From Candidatus Latescibacterota bacterium (GTDB taxonomy: Bacteria > Latescibacterota > UBA2968 > GCA-2709665), in NCBI GenBank assembly GCA_965222075.1, contig OZ244937.1:992001-1056000 (forward strand): DNA of 64,000 nucleotides, in the 5' to 3' direction. The notes under the pieces are model-generated. The model searched no databases and was not told the origin of the DNA. It worked only from the letters and a program-made list of their open reading frames with translations. Within the stretch, counting starts at the first letter, position 1. Every line of letters starts with the position of its first letter. A program made the position numbers and the translations under genes. Shown piece by piece: positions 19,482 through 29,404 of the stretch.

Positions 19482-20477
19482 TCAATCCCCACCCCGGTAC
19501 CGATCTGCCCGAAATCCGTGCTCGGCCATTCGTACCTGGAAGTACTGCCGTCCGATACCGCTCTCCCGGGCGGCCTGAGAGACGTTGCCCCCGGTGCGCA
19601 GCAGGGCACGGTGAAGGTATTCCCGGGTGAAGCGGTCCAGGCTGAGGCGCCGGGCTTCCTTATAGGAAAGTTCATAGAGATCTGCCTCGGACGTGCCTGA
19701 GGCCTGGATGTGAGGCGGCAGGTCGCCGGGGTAGACCTGTTCTCCCTCGGCCAGGAGGAGCGCCCGGGAGATGACATGGGTCAGTTCTCGGACGTTGCCC
19801 GGCCAGTCGTAGCCCTCCAGCAGCATCCGGACCTCCGGAGAGAGGGGGCGTATTCTCAGTCCATTCTCCTGGGATTTCGCCACAAAATGCTCGATCAGGA
19901 GGGGTATATCGCTTCGACGATCCCGAAGAGGGGGCAGATGGAGGTGGATGACATCGAGGCGGTAAAAGAGATCCTCACGGAATCGGCCCTCCAGAACCTG
20001 TTGTTTCAGGTCCCGGTGGGTGGCTGTGACTAAGCGCACGTCGGCCCGGTGGATTCGGCTGTCGCCTACCGGACGGAACTCGCCTTCCTGGAGGAGCCGG
20101 AGCAGGTGGGGCTGCAGGTCCCCGGGCAGGTCGCCCACTTCGTCTAAGAAGAGGGTGCCGCCTCTGGCCTCTTTCACCAGTCCGCACCGGTTTTCGAAGG
20201 CGCCGGTAAAAGATCCCCGGAGATGGCCGAAGAGTTCGCTTCGGGCTACGTCCCGGGACAGAACGCCGCAGTCCACGACCACAAAGGGTCCATCGGAGCG
20301 GGGACTTTGGGCGTGAATGGCGCGTGCGAGTAATTCCTTTCCGGTGCCGGTTTCCCCGGTGATCAGCACCGGCAGGTGGCAGCGGGCGGCACGGTGGGCC
20401 AGGTTCTGGACTTCCAGAACGGTGGGATGGCGACCGACAGTGGGGCTGTTGCGGGTGGTGCATGCAAAAGGGGACAT
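19482..20477 (-). CDS. Sigma54-dependent enhancer-binding protein without N-terminal sensor
   Basis: GETGTGKE, ELFGH-GSFTGA, FLDE, WPGNVREL, Fis-like HTH; GGAGG RBS. Confidence 0.9.
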   Translation of the reverse strand: MSPFACTTRNSPTVGRHPTVLEVQNLAHRAARCHLPVLITGETGTGKELLARAIHAQSPRSDGPFVVVDCGVLSRDVARSELFGHLRGSFTGAFENRCGLVKEARGGTLFLDEVGDLPGDLQPHLLRLLQEGEFRPVGDSRIHRADVRLVTATHRDLKQQVLEGRFREDLFYRLDVIHLHLPPLRDRRSDIPLLIEHFVAKSQENGLRIRPLSPEVRMLLEGYDWPGNVRELTHVISRALLLAEGEQVYPGDLPPHIQASGTSEADLYELSYKEARRLSLDRFTREYLHRALLRTGGNVSQAARESGIGRQYFQVRMAEHGFRADRYRGGD

Positions 20478-20509
20478 TGCGCTCCCTCCCAAAAGTGTAA
20501 GAATCTCGC

Positions 20510-20761
20510 TTGTAATCAGGTCCAGTCCTTGGGCCTCTAACAGCGTACGGATGAACGGTGACCCACGCACCAGCCGCTCCCCCGGCCAGCGCAGCAGGAA
20601 CTCGATGCCTGCGCGGTTGATGAACGGGACGCCTTTCAGCTCCGGTACCAGGCGCTACGCCTCCCGGAGCGAGTGGGTGAATGCCTGCTCCAGTCCTCTT
20701 CAGACATCCAGTTTAGCAGAATCTTCTCCGAAGTCTGCGATATGACTGTGAGCCGTACCGT
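20510..20761 (-). pseudogene. Decayed STAS-like small protein
   Basis: ACG at start position, frameshift and internal TAG; remnant LVPELKGVPFINRAGIEFLL...SPFIRTLL. Confidence 0.55.
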
Positions 20762-21006
20762 CTGATTGCTCTCCGGATTACACACTATCTGCAAACCAAA
20801 TCCTGTGCCAAAAAAATAGCCGCCCAAAGCGTGTCGCTTCAAGTGGCTGTTTATAATAGGGGTTGTGGGATGACTGTACAAGGTTAGCCGGACAGGATGC
20901 TAACTGGTGCAGGGACAGTATCTGGTCCCACCAATTGTGCTAATTTCTTTTATTCTGTTTATAAACATATAGATTGTAAGAACAAACATGGGTCCCATAT
21001 ATGGTC

Positions 21007-22359
21007 TCAGGGCGCTATATGTGGGACCTGCGGCCGCTGGATGTCCAGCTTCTTCATGCGGTGGCTCAATGTAGACGGATGCATGCCCAGCAAGGCAGCC
21101 GCTCCGTGCGGCCCCTTGATGACCCATCCGGCCTGTTCCACGACCTTCCGTATGTGCTGTTTTTCGAGTTCTTTCAGGGTCAGGATCTCCTCAGAGGATT
21201 CACCATCCGGCCGACCGGATTCCAGGGCAATATCCTTAGGCTGGATCGCCTGCCTCCGGCACATGATCACGGCACGCTGTACCGCATGCTCCAGTTCCCG
21301 GATGTTGCCCGGCCAGTCGTAGGTCCTCAGCACGGCCAGCGCCTCCGGAGTCAGCTGGGGTACTGCTTTGTTTAGATAGGACGCCATCCGCTCCACAAAA
21401 CAGGCGGCCAGAAGCGGGATGTCCTCCCGGCGCTCGCGCAGGGGCGGCAGTCTCACGGGAAACACTTGCAGGCGAAAGTAGAGATCCTCCCGGAACTGCC
21501 CGTTGGCCACCATCTCCTGCAAATTCCGGTTGGTAGCTGCAATCACCCGCATATCGGCCACCAGCGTCTCGGTGCCGCCCACCCGCTCGAAGGCGCGTTC
21601 CTCCAAGAGGCGCAGCAGCTTCACCTGCGCTTCCAGGGCCAGGTCCCCGATTTCATCTAAGAAGAGCGTGCCGCCCGCCGCCAGTTCCACCTTGCCCAGC
21701 TTGCGGGAGACCGCTCCGGTGAAGGCCCCCCGCTCGTGCCCGAACAGTTCGCTTTCGACCAGGCCTTCGGGGAGGGCGCCGCAGTTGACCTGGATGAAGG
21801 GGCGATCTCTGCGCGGGCTCAGCCGGTGCACGGCCCGGGTAGCCACCCCTTTGCCGGTACCGGTCTCGCCTGAGATCAATACGGTCAGGTCGGTTTTGGC
21901 CACCTCTGCAAGCTGCGCCTGGACCTCGCGGAGGGCCTGGCTATCCCCCACGAACTCGCCTTTGGTCCCACTCTGGCTCAGCACCTCGGCCAAGACCTGG
22001 ATGTGAGGGTCGGGCACCACGTTCAGTGTGACAGAAGCTGGCTCGGAGTAATTCAGGTCCTGGTCCACGGCCTGGACTTCGAACGTGAAGGTTTCCCTCG
22101 GCAGGTCCTGGTATTCCACACGTCGAGCGTTTGTGGTCTGCCAGTCTTCATCGTAGCCTTTCAGCCGATACCGGTAGACCAGCCCTTCCGGACGCGTTTT
22201 GAAGCTGATGCCGTGAAATTCAAAAACAATGAGTCCCACACTGGTGGAGATGGTCAGATCATCTTCCCTCTCATAGGCACAAAATAGCGCGAAGTTTTGA
22301 CTACCCGACAGGTCTCGAAAGCGGTATAATCCTGCTTCGAGCAGGACGAACGTTTCCAT
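21007..22359 (-). CDS. Sigma54 enhancer-binding protein with Y_Y_Y domain, probably N-terminally truncated/chimeric
   Basis: YRYRLKGYDEDW...FEVQAVD; GETGTGKG, GAFTGA, WPGNIREL, HTH. Confidence 0.88.
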   Translation of the reverse strand: METFVLLEAGLYRFRDLSGSQNFALFCAYEREDDLTISTSVGLIVFEFHGISFKTRPEGLVYRYRLKGYDEDWQTTNARRVEYQDLPRETFTFEVQAVDQDLNYSEPASVTLNVVPDPHIQVLAEVLSQSGTKGEFVGDSQALREVQAQLAEVAKTDLTVLISGETGTGKGVATRAVHRLSPRRDRPFIQVNCGALPEGLVESELFGHERGAFTGAVSRKLGKVELAAGGTLFLDEIGDLALEAQVKLLRLLEERAFERVGGTETLVADMRVIAATNRNLQEMVANGQFREDLYFRLQVFPVRLPPLRERREDIPLLAACFVERMASYLNKAVPQLTPEALAVLRTYDWPGNIRELEHAVQRAVIMCRRQAIQPKDIALESGRPDGESSEEILTLKELEKQHIRKVVEQAGWVIKGPHGAAALLGMHPSTLSHRMKKLDIQRPQVPHIAP

Positions 22360-22424
22360 GATTATCCTCCTCTTTGATGGTTGCCAATTTGAAGGATAAT
22401 CTAAGGTGTCTTGCTCATTTCTTA

Positions 22425-22505
22425 CCTGCCTGCCGAGCAAGGCACCTGTCTGCCGCCTGCCTCGCCTGCTTCAGCAGACAGGGACAGGCAGGCGGCGCAG
22501 GCAGG
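22425..22505. repeat. Stack of nested palindromic elements
   Basis: Left ends at 22425, 22445, 22456, 22465; right ends finishing at 22482, 22492, 22505. Confidence 0.75.
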
Positions 22506-22672
22506 TAGCTGTTTCTCAACCCGTTGCAGGCCGGGACAGGTTTATGAGATAAGTTCTAACAAACTACTACAGGCGACAGACGACAGCGTACGCTCTTAGA
22601 CTCTTTGAGAATTTCTCACTTGTCGCCCACACTTGAGCGCAATCGTTAGGAGTAAACGTATTTTTGGCAGTT

Positions 22673-23998
22673 TCATAAGCCATTGAAGTTCAGCAGTTTG
22701 AGCTGAAGGTCGTGGGTAATTTCGAAGCTGAGATAGATGGCACAGCGATCATAAATGGCCACAGCAGCAAACTCGAAGAGCGGTTTACGCAGGGATTTGA
22801 GTTGCTGAAAAAGCGTGGCCTTCTCCTGCAGGACGGACAGCTTGTAATCCACCATCAGATTGAAGCTCCACAACGTGAGTAACACGAAGCAGGTATTCTG
22901 TTGAAAATCTTTTCGTGGAAGCTTCTCGATAGCGAAGTCGTTCTTCAATTCTTCGATCAATTTTTCGACCAGATTCCTGTGGTCGTAAAACTGCACGGTT
23001 TCGGTTTTGGATAATTGGGTGTCATTGGTAATTACGGCCCATGGGGCACAGCCTTTTTGTCGGACCACGATACACCGTATTGACTTTGTAGTCAAGTAGG
23101 TGTTGAGAAAGATTGGTTCAACTTCGGTGATCCACACGCCTGGTTTGAGCCGTTGGCGGCCTGGGGTTCTGGAGTTGACCGCGTTGATCAGATCACGATG
23201 TTCTTTCTGATAATTCTTTAGGACCGTGAAGAACTTGATCTTTTTGCGTTGAAGAAATTTGAAGTTGTCGCCCGACCAAAAGCCGCGGTCCATGCCCAAC
23301 CGCTTCAGCCGGAATCCCAGGTGATGAACTGCCAGTACAGCTGGGATCAGTTCTTGTGCATCGGATTGATCAACGGTGGTGAAACGCACATATAATAGGG
23401 TTTTCGTGGCAATATCGATCAGTAAAAACAGTTTAAATCCGTAGTAGGATTTGCCACGCATCTTGATCCAGGCGGCTTTCTCAAAACTTGAGTTCGGGCT
23501 TTTTCCGATGAGGGTGCTGTCAAAATAGGCTTCCAGATTTTTGGGCAACAAGCCACGCCGGCGCAGGCTTGCCACATGACGGGTAAAGCCTGCTTCAATC
23601 AGTTCGGGCCTCAATGTTTCGAACAGATCGTAGAGAATATCGACACTGGCCCCACGCTGTTGACCGTAGCTTAACGCGAAGACGCGCTGAATAAACTTCT
23701 GCACCAACAGGCCGCGCAATTGGTTGATTGAAGCGCAGTTCAGTTGTGGGCGGCAGATTAAAATCAGCATCAGTGAGACCGCGCGATACCCTTTCTCCTT
23801 CGTGGTCATGCCAACCAAATACACCTGTCTGCAGTGCGGGGCACCGCACAGGCAGGTCGGCAGTTTCAACTGGTAGCGCAGGTAACGCACAAAAGGCAAG
23901 ATGCCGGCAAAGGCAGCGGCGCCTTGATTGGATGGGGTGTCCCCCGGATGAATGAGAGAATCATAGGACTTGCTTGAGCCGGCACGTTTTTGCGACAT
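22673..23998 (-). CDS. DDE transposase (IS1380/IS4-like)
   Basis: YFDST, MDRGF, YDHRNLVEKLIEELK. Confidence 0.88.
   Translation of the reverse strand: MSQKRAGSSKSYDSLIHPGDTPSNQGAAAFAGILPFVRYLRYQLKLPTCLCGAPHCRQVYLVGMTTKEKGYRAVSLMLILICRPQLNCASINQLRGLLVQKFIQRVFALSYGQQRGASVDILYDLFETLRPELIEAGFTRHVASLRRRGLLPKNLEAYFDSTLIGKSPNSSFEKAAWIKMRGKSYYGFKLFLLIDIATKTLLYVRFTTVDQSDAQELIPAVLAVHHLGFRLKRLGMDRGFWSGDNFKFLQRKKIKFFTVLKNYQKEHRDLINAVNSRTPGRQRLKPGVWITEVEPIFLNTYLTTKSIRCIVVRQKGCAPWAVITNDTQLSKTETVQFYDHRNLVEKLIEELKNDFAIEKLPRKDFQQNTCFVLLTLWSFNLMVDYKLSVLQEKATLFQQLKSLRKPLFEFAAVAIYDRCAIYLSFEITHDLQLKLLNFNGL
23824..23856. repeat. 33-bp palindromic element in frame within the transposase
   Basis: cctgtctgcagtgcggggcaccgcacaggcagg; encodes about CLCGAPHCRQV. 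Confidence 0.8.
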
Positions 23999-24262
23999 TA
24001 TACCTATCTCCTGGGTTATGGTAGAGGTTGAGGGTTGGCTGCTTTTAACCTCTTACCTGACTCAGGAGATGTCCAGCCTCATTTTGAAGCTAAAATAACC
24101 CGATCGTCCTAACGCGTGCTATATCATCAGGTTATTGAACTGTCGTTTTGACCTTCGCCAATCCGGGTGAAATGTCCTATTGGGTTCGAAAAAGCTTCTC
24201 AAATTCTGGTAAAGCACACTAAATCAAACTGTTATGCAACCGCCAAATTTACGAGTAAAGTG

Positions 24263-24940
24263 ATGACAAAGATAAATCTTTTTAGCGTTGATTCCCGTCT
24301 GCTGGATGCTTCTATAGAACTCTATGCGTTGGAAGAGCACCTACAACTCGTCGAAAGTTATATGGAGCAACTCCATAAGACGGCACGGAGTAAGGCTAAG
24401 ACATACATCCGAAAAGAGGGCCTGTGCCCAGATGATCCAGAATGGCACATTGCTTGGCAGAAGTACGACGACCTTATTGACCAACTCCCAAGGTTTTTCC
24501 GGGGGCCTTTCCTGGTGTCACTCTATGCGGTGTATGAATCTATTGTCACCGAAATAGGCTGTCTAATCCAAGACAAGCAGTTCCAGAAGATCGAGATCAA
24601 CGATCTCAGAGGTGATTTCTTGGAAAAGGCTAAGAAATACTATAAACACATCCTCCAATTCGAATTATATTCAGAAGAAAAGGTATGGCACCAGGTCAAG
24701 ATGCTGTCAGAACTCAGAAATGCCTTTGCACACACGAATGGCCGCCTGGATATGCTCAACGAAAGATCGAGAAATACTATAAAAAAATGGGTGCAACAAA
24801 AGCGCGGAATATTAACGTACTATGATTACATAATATGTGAAGAGAAAATAGTCGCTGAAATATTCGGCGCGGTGCGTAGTTCTCTGGAAGATTTGATTGA
24901 AAGGTATAAGCACTGGGACGACAAACACGGGCACACATGA
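24263..24940 (+). CDS. Hypothetical protein with HEPN-like Rx4H motif
   Basis: Helical protein, LVSLYAVYE, ELRNAFAHTNG; low GC. Confidence 0.65.
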   Translation: MTKINLFSVDSRLLDASIELYALEEHLQLVESYMEQLHKTARSKAKTYIRKEGLCPDDPEWHIAWQKYDDLIDQLPRFFRGPFLVSLYAVYESIVTEIGCLIQDKQFQKIEINDLRGDFLEKAKKYYKHILQFELYSEEKVWHQVKMLSELRNAFAHTNGRLDMLNERSRNTIKKWVQQKRGILTYYDYIICEEKIVAEIFGAVRSSLEDLIERYKHWDDKHGHT

Positions 24941-25314
24941 TCAACGCGTGAATAGTGGACTGGCTTATAACGTTGACGTGTTTTCAGCCAGCCGGTTATA
25001 TACGCCGTTAGGTTTCCCTCGAAGTACAGTTGGATCGGCAAAGTATAACTTCAGATTGTCCAAACGATAGCATTGTCTGAGAAAAACGCCCGGATTGCCT
25101 TCATCGGGTATTGAGTTCACTCCAGACCACGTCTACACCGGGATAGTCTTCAGGCGGCCTGCCCCGATCCGAAAGCGGCTTATCGCTGCCGCACAGCAGA
25201 TGATCCATACTTACGGCACCAATTGCCAATACGCGGTCGATTCCACCTGGGTCCGATATTCCTACGCGTATCGTCGCAAATCGGTAAAGGTTAAGATAGC
25301 AGCGGACGCGCCGG

Positions 25315-25460
25315 CTATTCGGCAATGTCGGTGATGGCGATGCTCACGACCAGACTGACGCGCCCTCCCTCCCATCGCTGGCGCGCACGATCACCGCATA
25401 TCCGATCTTTTGCTCAAAGTCGTACGTCGCTTTCGTCCGGATCTGCCCTGCGCCTTCGTC
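25315..25460 (-). pseudogene. Cadherin-like domain relic
   Basis: GQIRTKATYDFEQKIGYAVIVRASDG, frameshift, GRVSLVVSIAITDIAE*. Confidence 0.55.
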
Positions 25461-25542
25461 GTCTTTCCGCTCGCTCTTGGGTGCTGTATCGGCCACCGCC
25501 TTCTGGAGAATCAAGAGTACGCATCCCCCGCTTCAGCGGAAA

Positions 25543-26349
25543 TCATAATTCGTGATAACAATCAGCGTCCATAGAACTTATCAGGATGATCCGAGACCAG
25601 AAACCTCGATCCTGGATACTTTCTCGAAGGGCTTGCAATTCCCACTCTCCAAGAATCGAGATTGGCACAATGCAAATATGATCAATCAGAATCAACCACC
25701 ATTCCTGAAAATCATTTAACTTATTAGTTTGAATGACCTTAAGTGATTTTTCTTCTATACAGGGCTGGATATTATTTATCAATTCATCTGCTATGCCAAT
25801 ACCTTTGAGATCGGAAACGTTATTGAGGTAAAAGCCGGGGGATCCTGTGTATTCATAGCGTTCGCCAACTTCAAGGCATATGCCGCATGGCAGACAGAGG
25901 TGCAGGGGGTTCAGAAGATCAAGTTCATTGACATGCCTATCGTAATCGACGTATTTTGGCATAAATTGATTGAAAGTATCGGGCGTATCATACTTTTGTA
26001 TGAGCGGTATAAGGGTTTCACGGATTTGATTTTTGACAATCTTTCTATTTGGCAAGCGTCTTGAGAAATCATATTCACAATCGACCTCCCATCTTCGCTC
26101 ATTGCCGGGCGGATCAATTTCAGCAAGCGTGCTTTCAATAGTTTGGCGTAAGGATATTCGAGAATTTTCCTCGCCTTCGGTTTGGCCATTGATCTCGATT
26201 CTTCGATTCAGTCGCCGCACCTCGACAGCGAATTTGCCGTCAACAACATAGTCTGGTGGATCGTCTTCTGATCGCTCAATGCTTGAATGGCCTTGGGATT
26301 CAAGCCATTTCTTGGCCCAGCGTTCGTCGTCTTTCTCACGATTGCTCAT
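25543..26349 (-). CDS. Hypothetical protein, PD-(D/E)xK nuclease-like
   Basis: DDPPDYVVDGKFAVEVRRL; low GC. Confidence 0.6.
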   Translation of the reverse strand: MSNREKDDERWAKKWLESQGHSSIERSEDDPPDYVVDGKFAVEVRRLNRRIEINGQTEGEENSRISLRQTIESTLAEIDPPGNERRWEVDCEYDFSRRLPNRKIVKNQIRETLIPLIQKYDTPDTFNQFMPKYVDYDRHVNELDLLNPLHLCLPCGICLEVGERYEYTGSPGFYLNNVSDLKGIGIADELINNIQPCIEEKSLKVIQTNKLNDFQEWWLILIDHICIVPISILGEWELQALRESIQDRGFWSRIILISSMDADCYHEL

Positions 26350-26402
26350 TACGTGGAACACCGCCTCCCATTGAAAGACATCCGCCTGCACGGACAGACG
26401 GG

Positions 26403-28985
26403 TCAATTTGATGACGCTTCTTTGCCGAAGTCGTTAGCAAAGATCAGAAAATCACCAAAGCCAATGGTGTCATCTCCATCTAAATCATACCGCGCGTCAT
26501 ACCCCGTATCGCCTTGACTTAATCCGAACTGCGCCGCAAACTGCAAAAAATCCGCAAAGCCGACAGTACCATCGCCATCAAAGTCGGGCGTAGCTTGCCC
26601 GACGGCAGTAAAGGTCATCGGCTCTAGCCCGGCGACCTTTACCGCAACGGTGTTCGTCCCTAGCCGGCTCCCCAGCGTCAGAAAAGTAGTTGCTTTGCCT
26701 CTAACATTAGTCGTCGTCTGTTCTTGTGAGAGCATCCCGCCGCCAGTGACCGAAAAGCGGACAATCACCCCGGCCAGTGGCTCGCCGTTCTGGTCTAACA
26801 CCGAGACGACCAACGGCTCCGCCAGCGCCTTGCCGGGTGTCCCCTGCTGCTGGTCGCCTTGCAGTTTCAACTCGACCGGATGGGGCGGCGGCGTACGCTC
26901 AGGGACCGTCCATAGCATCACGAGCGTATTTAACCCCGTAACAAGGATGGTATCATCCGGTGAAAGTACTAGCCCCTTTAAGGCCCCTGGTTGCGCGATA
27001 GTGGCCATCTTATCTTGTGTAACTAAGTCCCATACATGGAACTGGCGGCCATCCGATGCAATCAGCGTCTTTCCATCCCGTGAAAACGTCGAATTAAACC
27101 CCCAATTTTTTATTGCAAAGCTAGCGTTCTGTTCTCTTGTAGCGACATCCCAAAGCGCAACATAGTGCATGGCCCCAACCGCGAGCGTGTTCCCGTCGGG
27201 CGAAAACCGCAACGAAGTGACCTCCGTTGTATGCTCAAAGGTGGCTATTTTTGTCTGTGTGGCCGTATCCCAAAGGTGAACAAAGTGACCGTTCTCAGAG
27301 GCGAGGATGGTCCCATTCGGCGAAAACTGCAACGCCTCGACTGAAGCACTATGCCTCATGCTAGCAATTCTTGTTTCTGTCGCCATGTTCCACAACTCAA
27401 CGGTATACTCTTTGTCGTTGTGTGCTAGAAGGCCACACGCTACGGTGACCCCATCCGGGGATAACGCCCACGACATGAGTTGTTTTAGTTCAAGTTGCGG
27501 GCGGAAAGTAGCGATTTTAGTTTGTGTCTCCACGTCCCAAAGATTGAGGGCTTGACCGTTCGCAACCGCGACGGTAGCCTTATCCGGCCAAAACGCCAAC
27601 ATACGGATGAAGTCTCCAGGTCCCTGCCGCGGTAGGGTAGCGATTTTAGCTCTTGCCGCTACATCCCAAAGCTCAACCGTGCCACTTCCCCCTCCAACTG
27701 CCAGGACAGTCCCATCCGGGGATAACGCCAACGAAGTGACTACCAAACCAATTTCAAGAGTGGCGATATGGAACGGCGACCGTTCCGCAAGGTCAAAGCC
27801 CATATCACCTGTATTGCCCTCCGTATCAACTATATTGACTCGGAGCACATGATAAGGAGAATCGGAAATACTTGTAATGCCACCAGAAGGAATGACACCG
27901 TCATACTCAAATTCGATAATGGCCTCACGAGCACCGTCTAGTCCGCGGCACGCTTTCACTTCAAGAGAGTTAGAAGCAGAGTGTCCGGGTTGTGTATAAA
28001 CGGTCAGGATCGCTTGGTGAAGCCCATGCTCAGCGCGAGCGACCAATTGAGCAGTAATGCTTGATGCCCCTGCCGGGTATAAAACCGGCGAAAGCCATTC
28101 AACACTTGGCCGCTGCCCCTGTTCAATAGGGACATTGGGATTAAAAAAAGGATGCACGGTTAAAAATTCGGCACCGCAGGCCGATAGAGACCTTCGCTGA
28201 CCACCGCCATACGACATAATGTACGCGTTATCGTTAAAGTCATGGTGCAATCCGAAGGCATGGCCGAGTTCATGCGCTATTATCTGCCAGGAAAAAGCAG
28301 CAGAAACTAACGCTATGCCCGCTTTTTTACCCCTCACCGCTCCGACACCTGCTGCAACCCCTTTCCAAAGCGCAATTCCATTTATGCTATTGTCAATGAC
28401 CATCAGCAAAATGTTGTCATCAAGACCAAACGCCTCCCCGGGACGGCCAGTTCGCCCAATCACTTCATCTATTACAGCCCTCTGCGTATTTTCAAGGTAG
28501 TGACTATCAGGATATGCCCCGTCCACACGGTGAACTAGCGGCTCGCCGTCTGCGTCGGTTTCGAAGCGGAAGGTCTTGACACCGTACCCGTGCACCTGCA
28601 TCTGCTCAGCATAAAAGGCTTGAACCTGTCGAATCGCCGTTTTCATTGAGTCAGCCACGTCGGTACGATACATCCGATCATTGGGTAAGACGTAGATCAT
28701 CCGCACTGTGCGCGGTTCCCCGACGTTCTCATCCGCCAGCGACTTGGCCGCAGGGTAGGGGTGGTCCCGCCGCCACTGCTCGTAATCGAACGGTGCGCAG
28801 AAATGCACACTGTCGGCGGGGGAGGGCGAAGCATGGACAACCGCCATCGGCAAGAGCCAGAGACCGATTAACGCGGAAAACTTAGCGGAAGGATCAGGGA
28901 GTGAACCCGTTGAAAGAACGGGGCGGTTCCTACTATAAGCGAACCAAGACAATAAAACGGCCAATGCTACTAAGCAGGCGATCAT
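26403..28985 (-). CDS. Secreted Zn-metalloprotease (metzincin) + WD40 repeats + Ig-like + dockerin/EF-hand-like tail
   Basis: HELGHAFGLHH, IMSYG Met-turn, ~7 WD repeats, DFDGDGTVGFADF...DLDGDDTIGFGDF. Confidence 0.88.
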   Translation of the reverse strand: MIACLVALAVLLSWFAYSRNRPVLSTGSLPDPSAKFSALIGLWLLPMAVVHASPSPADSVHFCAPFDYEQWRRDHPYPAAKSLADENVGEPRTVRMIYVLPNDRMYRTDVADSMKTAIRQVQAFYAEQMQVHGYGVKTFRFETDADGEPLVHRVDGAYPDSHYLENTQRAVIDEVIGRTGRPGEAFGLDDNILLMVIDNSINGIALWKGVAAGVGAVRGKKAGIALVSAAFSWQIIAHELGHAFGLHHDFNDNAYIMSYGGGQRRSLSACGAEFLTVHPFFNPNVPIEQGQRPSVEWLSPVLYPAGASSITAQLVARAEHGLHQAILTVYTQPGHSASNSLEVKACRGLDGAREAIIEFEYDGVIPSGGITSISDSPYHVLRVNIVDTEGNTGDMGFDLAERSPFHIATLEIGLVVTSLALSPDGTVLAVGGGSGTVELWDVAARAKIATLPRQGPGDFIRMLAFWPDKATVAVANGQALNLWDVETQTKIATFRPQLELKQLMSWALSPDGVTVACGLLAHNDKEYTVELWNMATETRIASMRHSASVEALQFSPNGTILASENGHFVHLWDTATQTKIATFEHTTEVTSLRFSPDGNTLAVGAMHYVALWDVATREQNASFAIKNWGFNSTFSRDGKTLIASDGRQFHVWDLVTQDKMATIAQPGALKGLVLSPDDTILVTGLNTLVMLWTVPERTPPPHPVELKLQGDQQQGTPGKALAEPLVVSVLDQNGEPLAGVIVRFSVTGGGMLSQEQTTTNVRGKATTFLTLGSRLGTNTVAVKVAGLEPMTFTAVGQATPDFDGDGTVGFADFLQFAAQFGLSQGDTGYDARYDLDGDDTIGFGDFLIFANDFGKEASSN

Positions 28986-29019
28986 AGCGTACCTCCTATT
29001 TAGAATACATTAAGGATAT

Positions 29020-29034
29020 ACAAAAACCGTGCCA
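29020..29034 (-). promoter_or_regulatory. Sigma54 promoter
   Basis: TGGCACGGTTTTTGT, 35 bp upstream of ATG 28985. Confidence 0.7.
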
Positions 29035-29227
29035 ACTTTGTGACAAACGGCTAACTGATTGCAGGCGAGGAAATTGGAGCATACGAGGAACGATTCGACT
29101 TTTTCTGGACTGTTGCAGAATGCGCCTGATCAAGCACGCGGAGAACGCATGTTCGCTCAGACGGAGATGGGATATATGTTTATTTATGAATGACTTACGG
29201 AAAAAATATGGAGGAAAAACAGAGAAA

Positions 29228-29265
29228 CTGTTGCAATTTGCAATACAAGACGCAATTTGCAACAG
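29228..29265. promoter_or_regulatory. Palindromic enhancer/UAS-like site (copy ~37573-37608)
   Basis: ctgttgcaatttgc...gcaatttgcaacag about 200 bp upstream of each sigma54 promoter. Confidence 0.5.
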
Positions 29266-29404
29266 TAGGGAAGGGTGCCGCCGACCGTCTCGGAGGCCGT
29301 TGAAAGGGGTTCTCAAGATATACGTCGGGCCGATGGCGGCCCCGGGCGGGAGCCTGCTCGGGTGTCGATATAAGAAAGGAAGGCGTTTCGCCTGCTGGCG
29401 TTCA

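Larger units (their letters stand above)
22640..24167 (-). mobile_element. Insertion sequence; candidate left end CCCGGATTGGCGAAGG at 24167, right end unresolved
   Basis: Transposase ORF, lower GC, IS1380-like CC.GGATT terminus; no matching second inverted repeat found. Confidence 0.55.

Noticed and set aside
22612-22637. cacttgtcgcccacacttgag as the IS terminal repeat
   Set aside because: Does not match the candidate left end at 24167; may belong to another relic but unsupported
25455-25466. 12-bp direct repeat ttcgtcgtcttt shared with 26323-26334
   Set aside because: Too short, and one copy lies inside the gene start; cannot be called a target duplication
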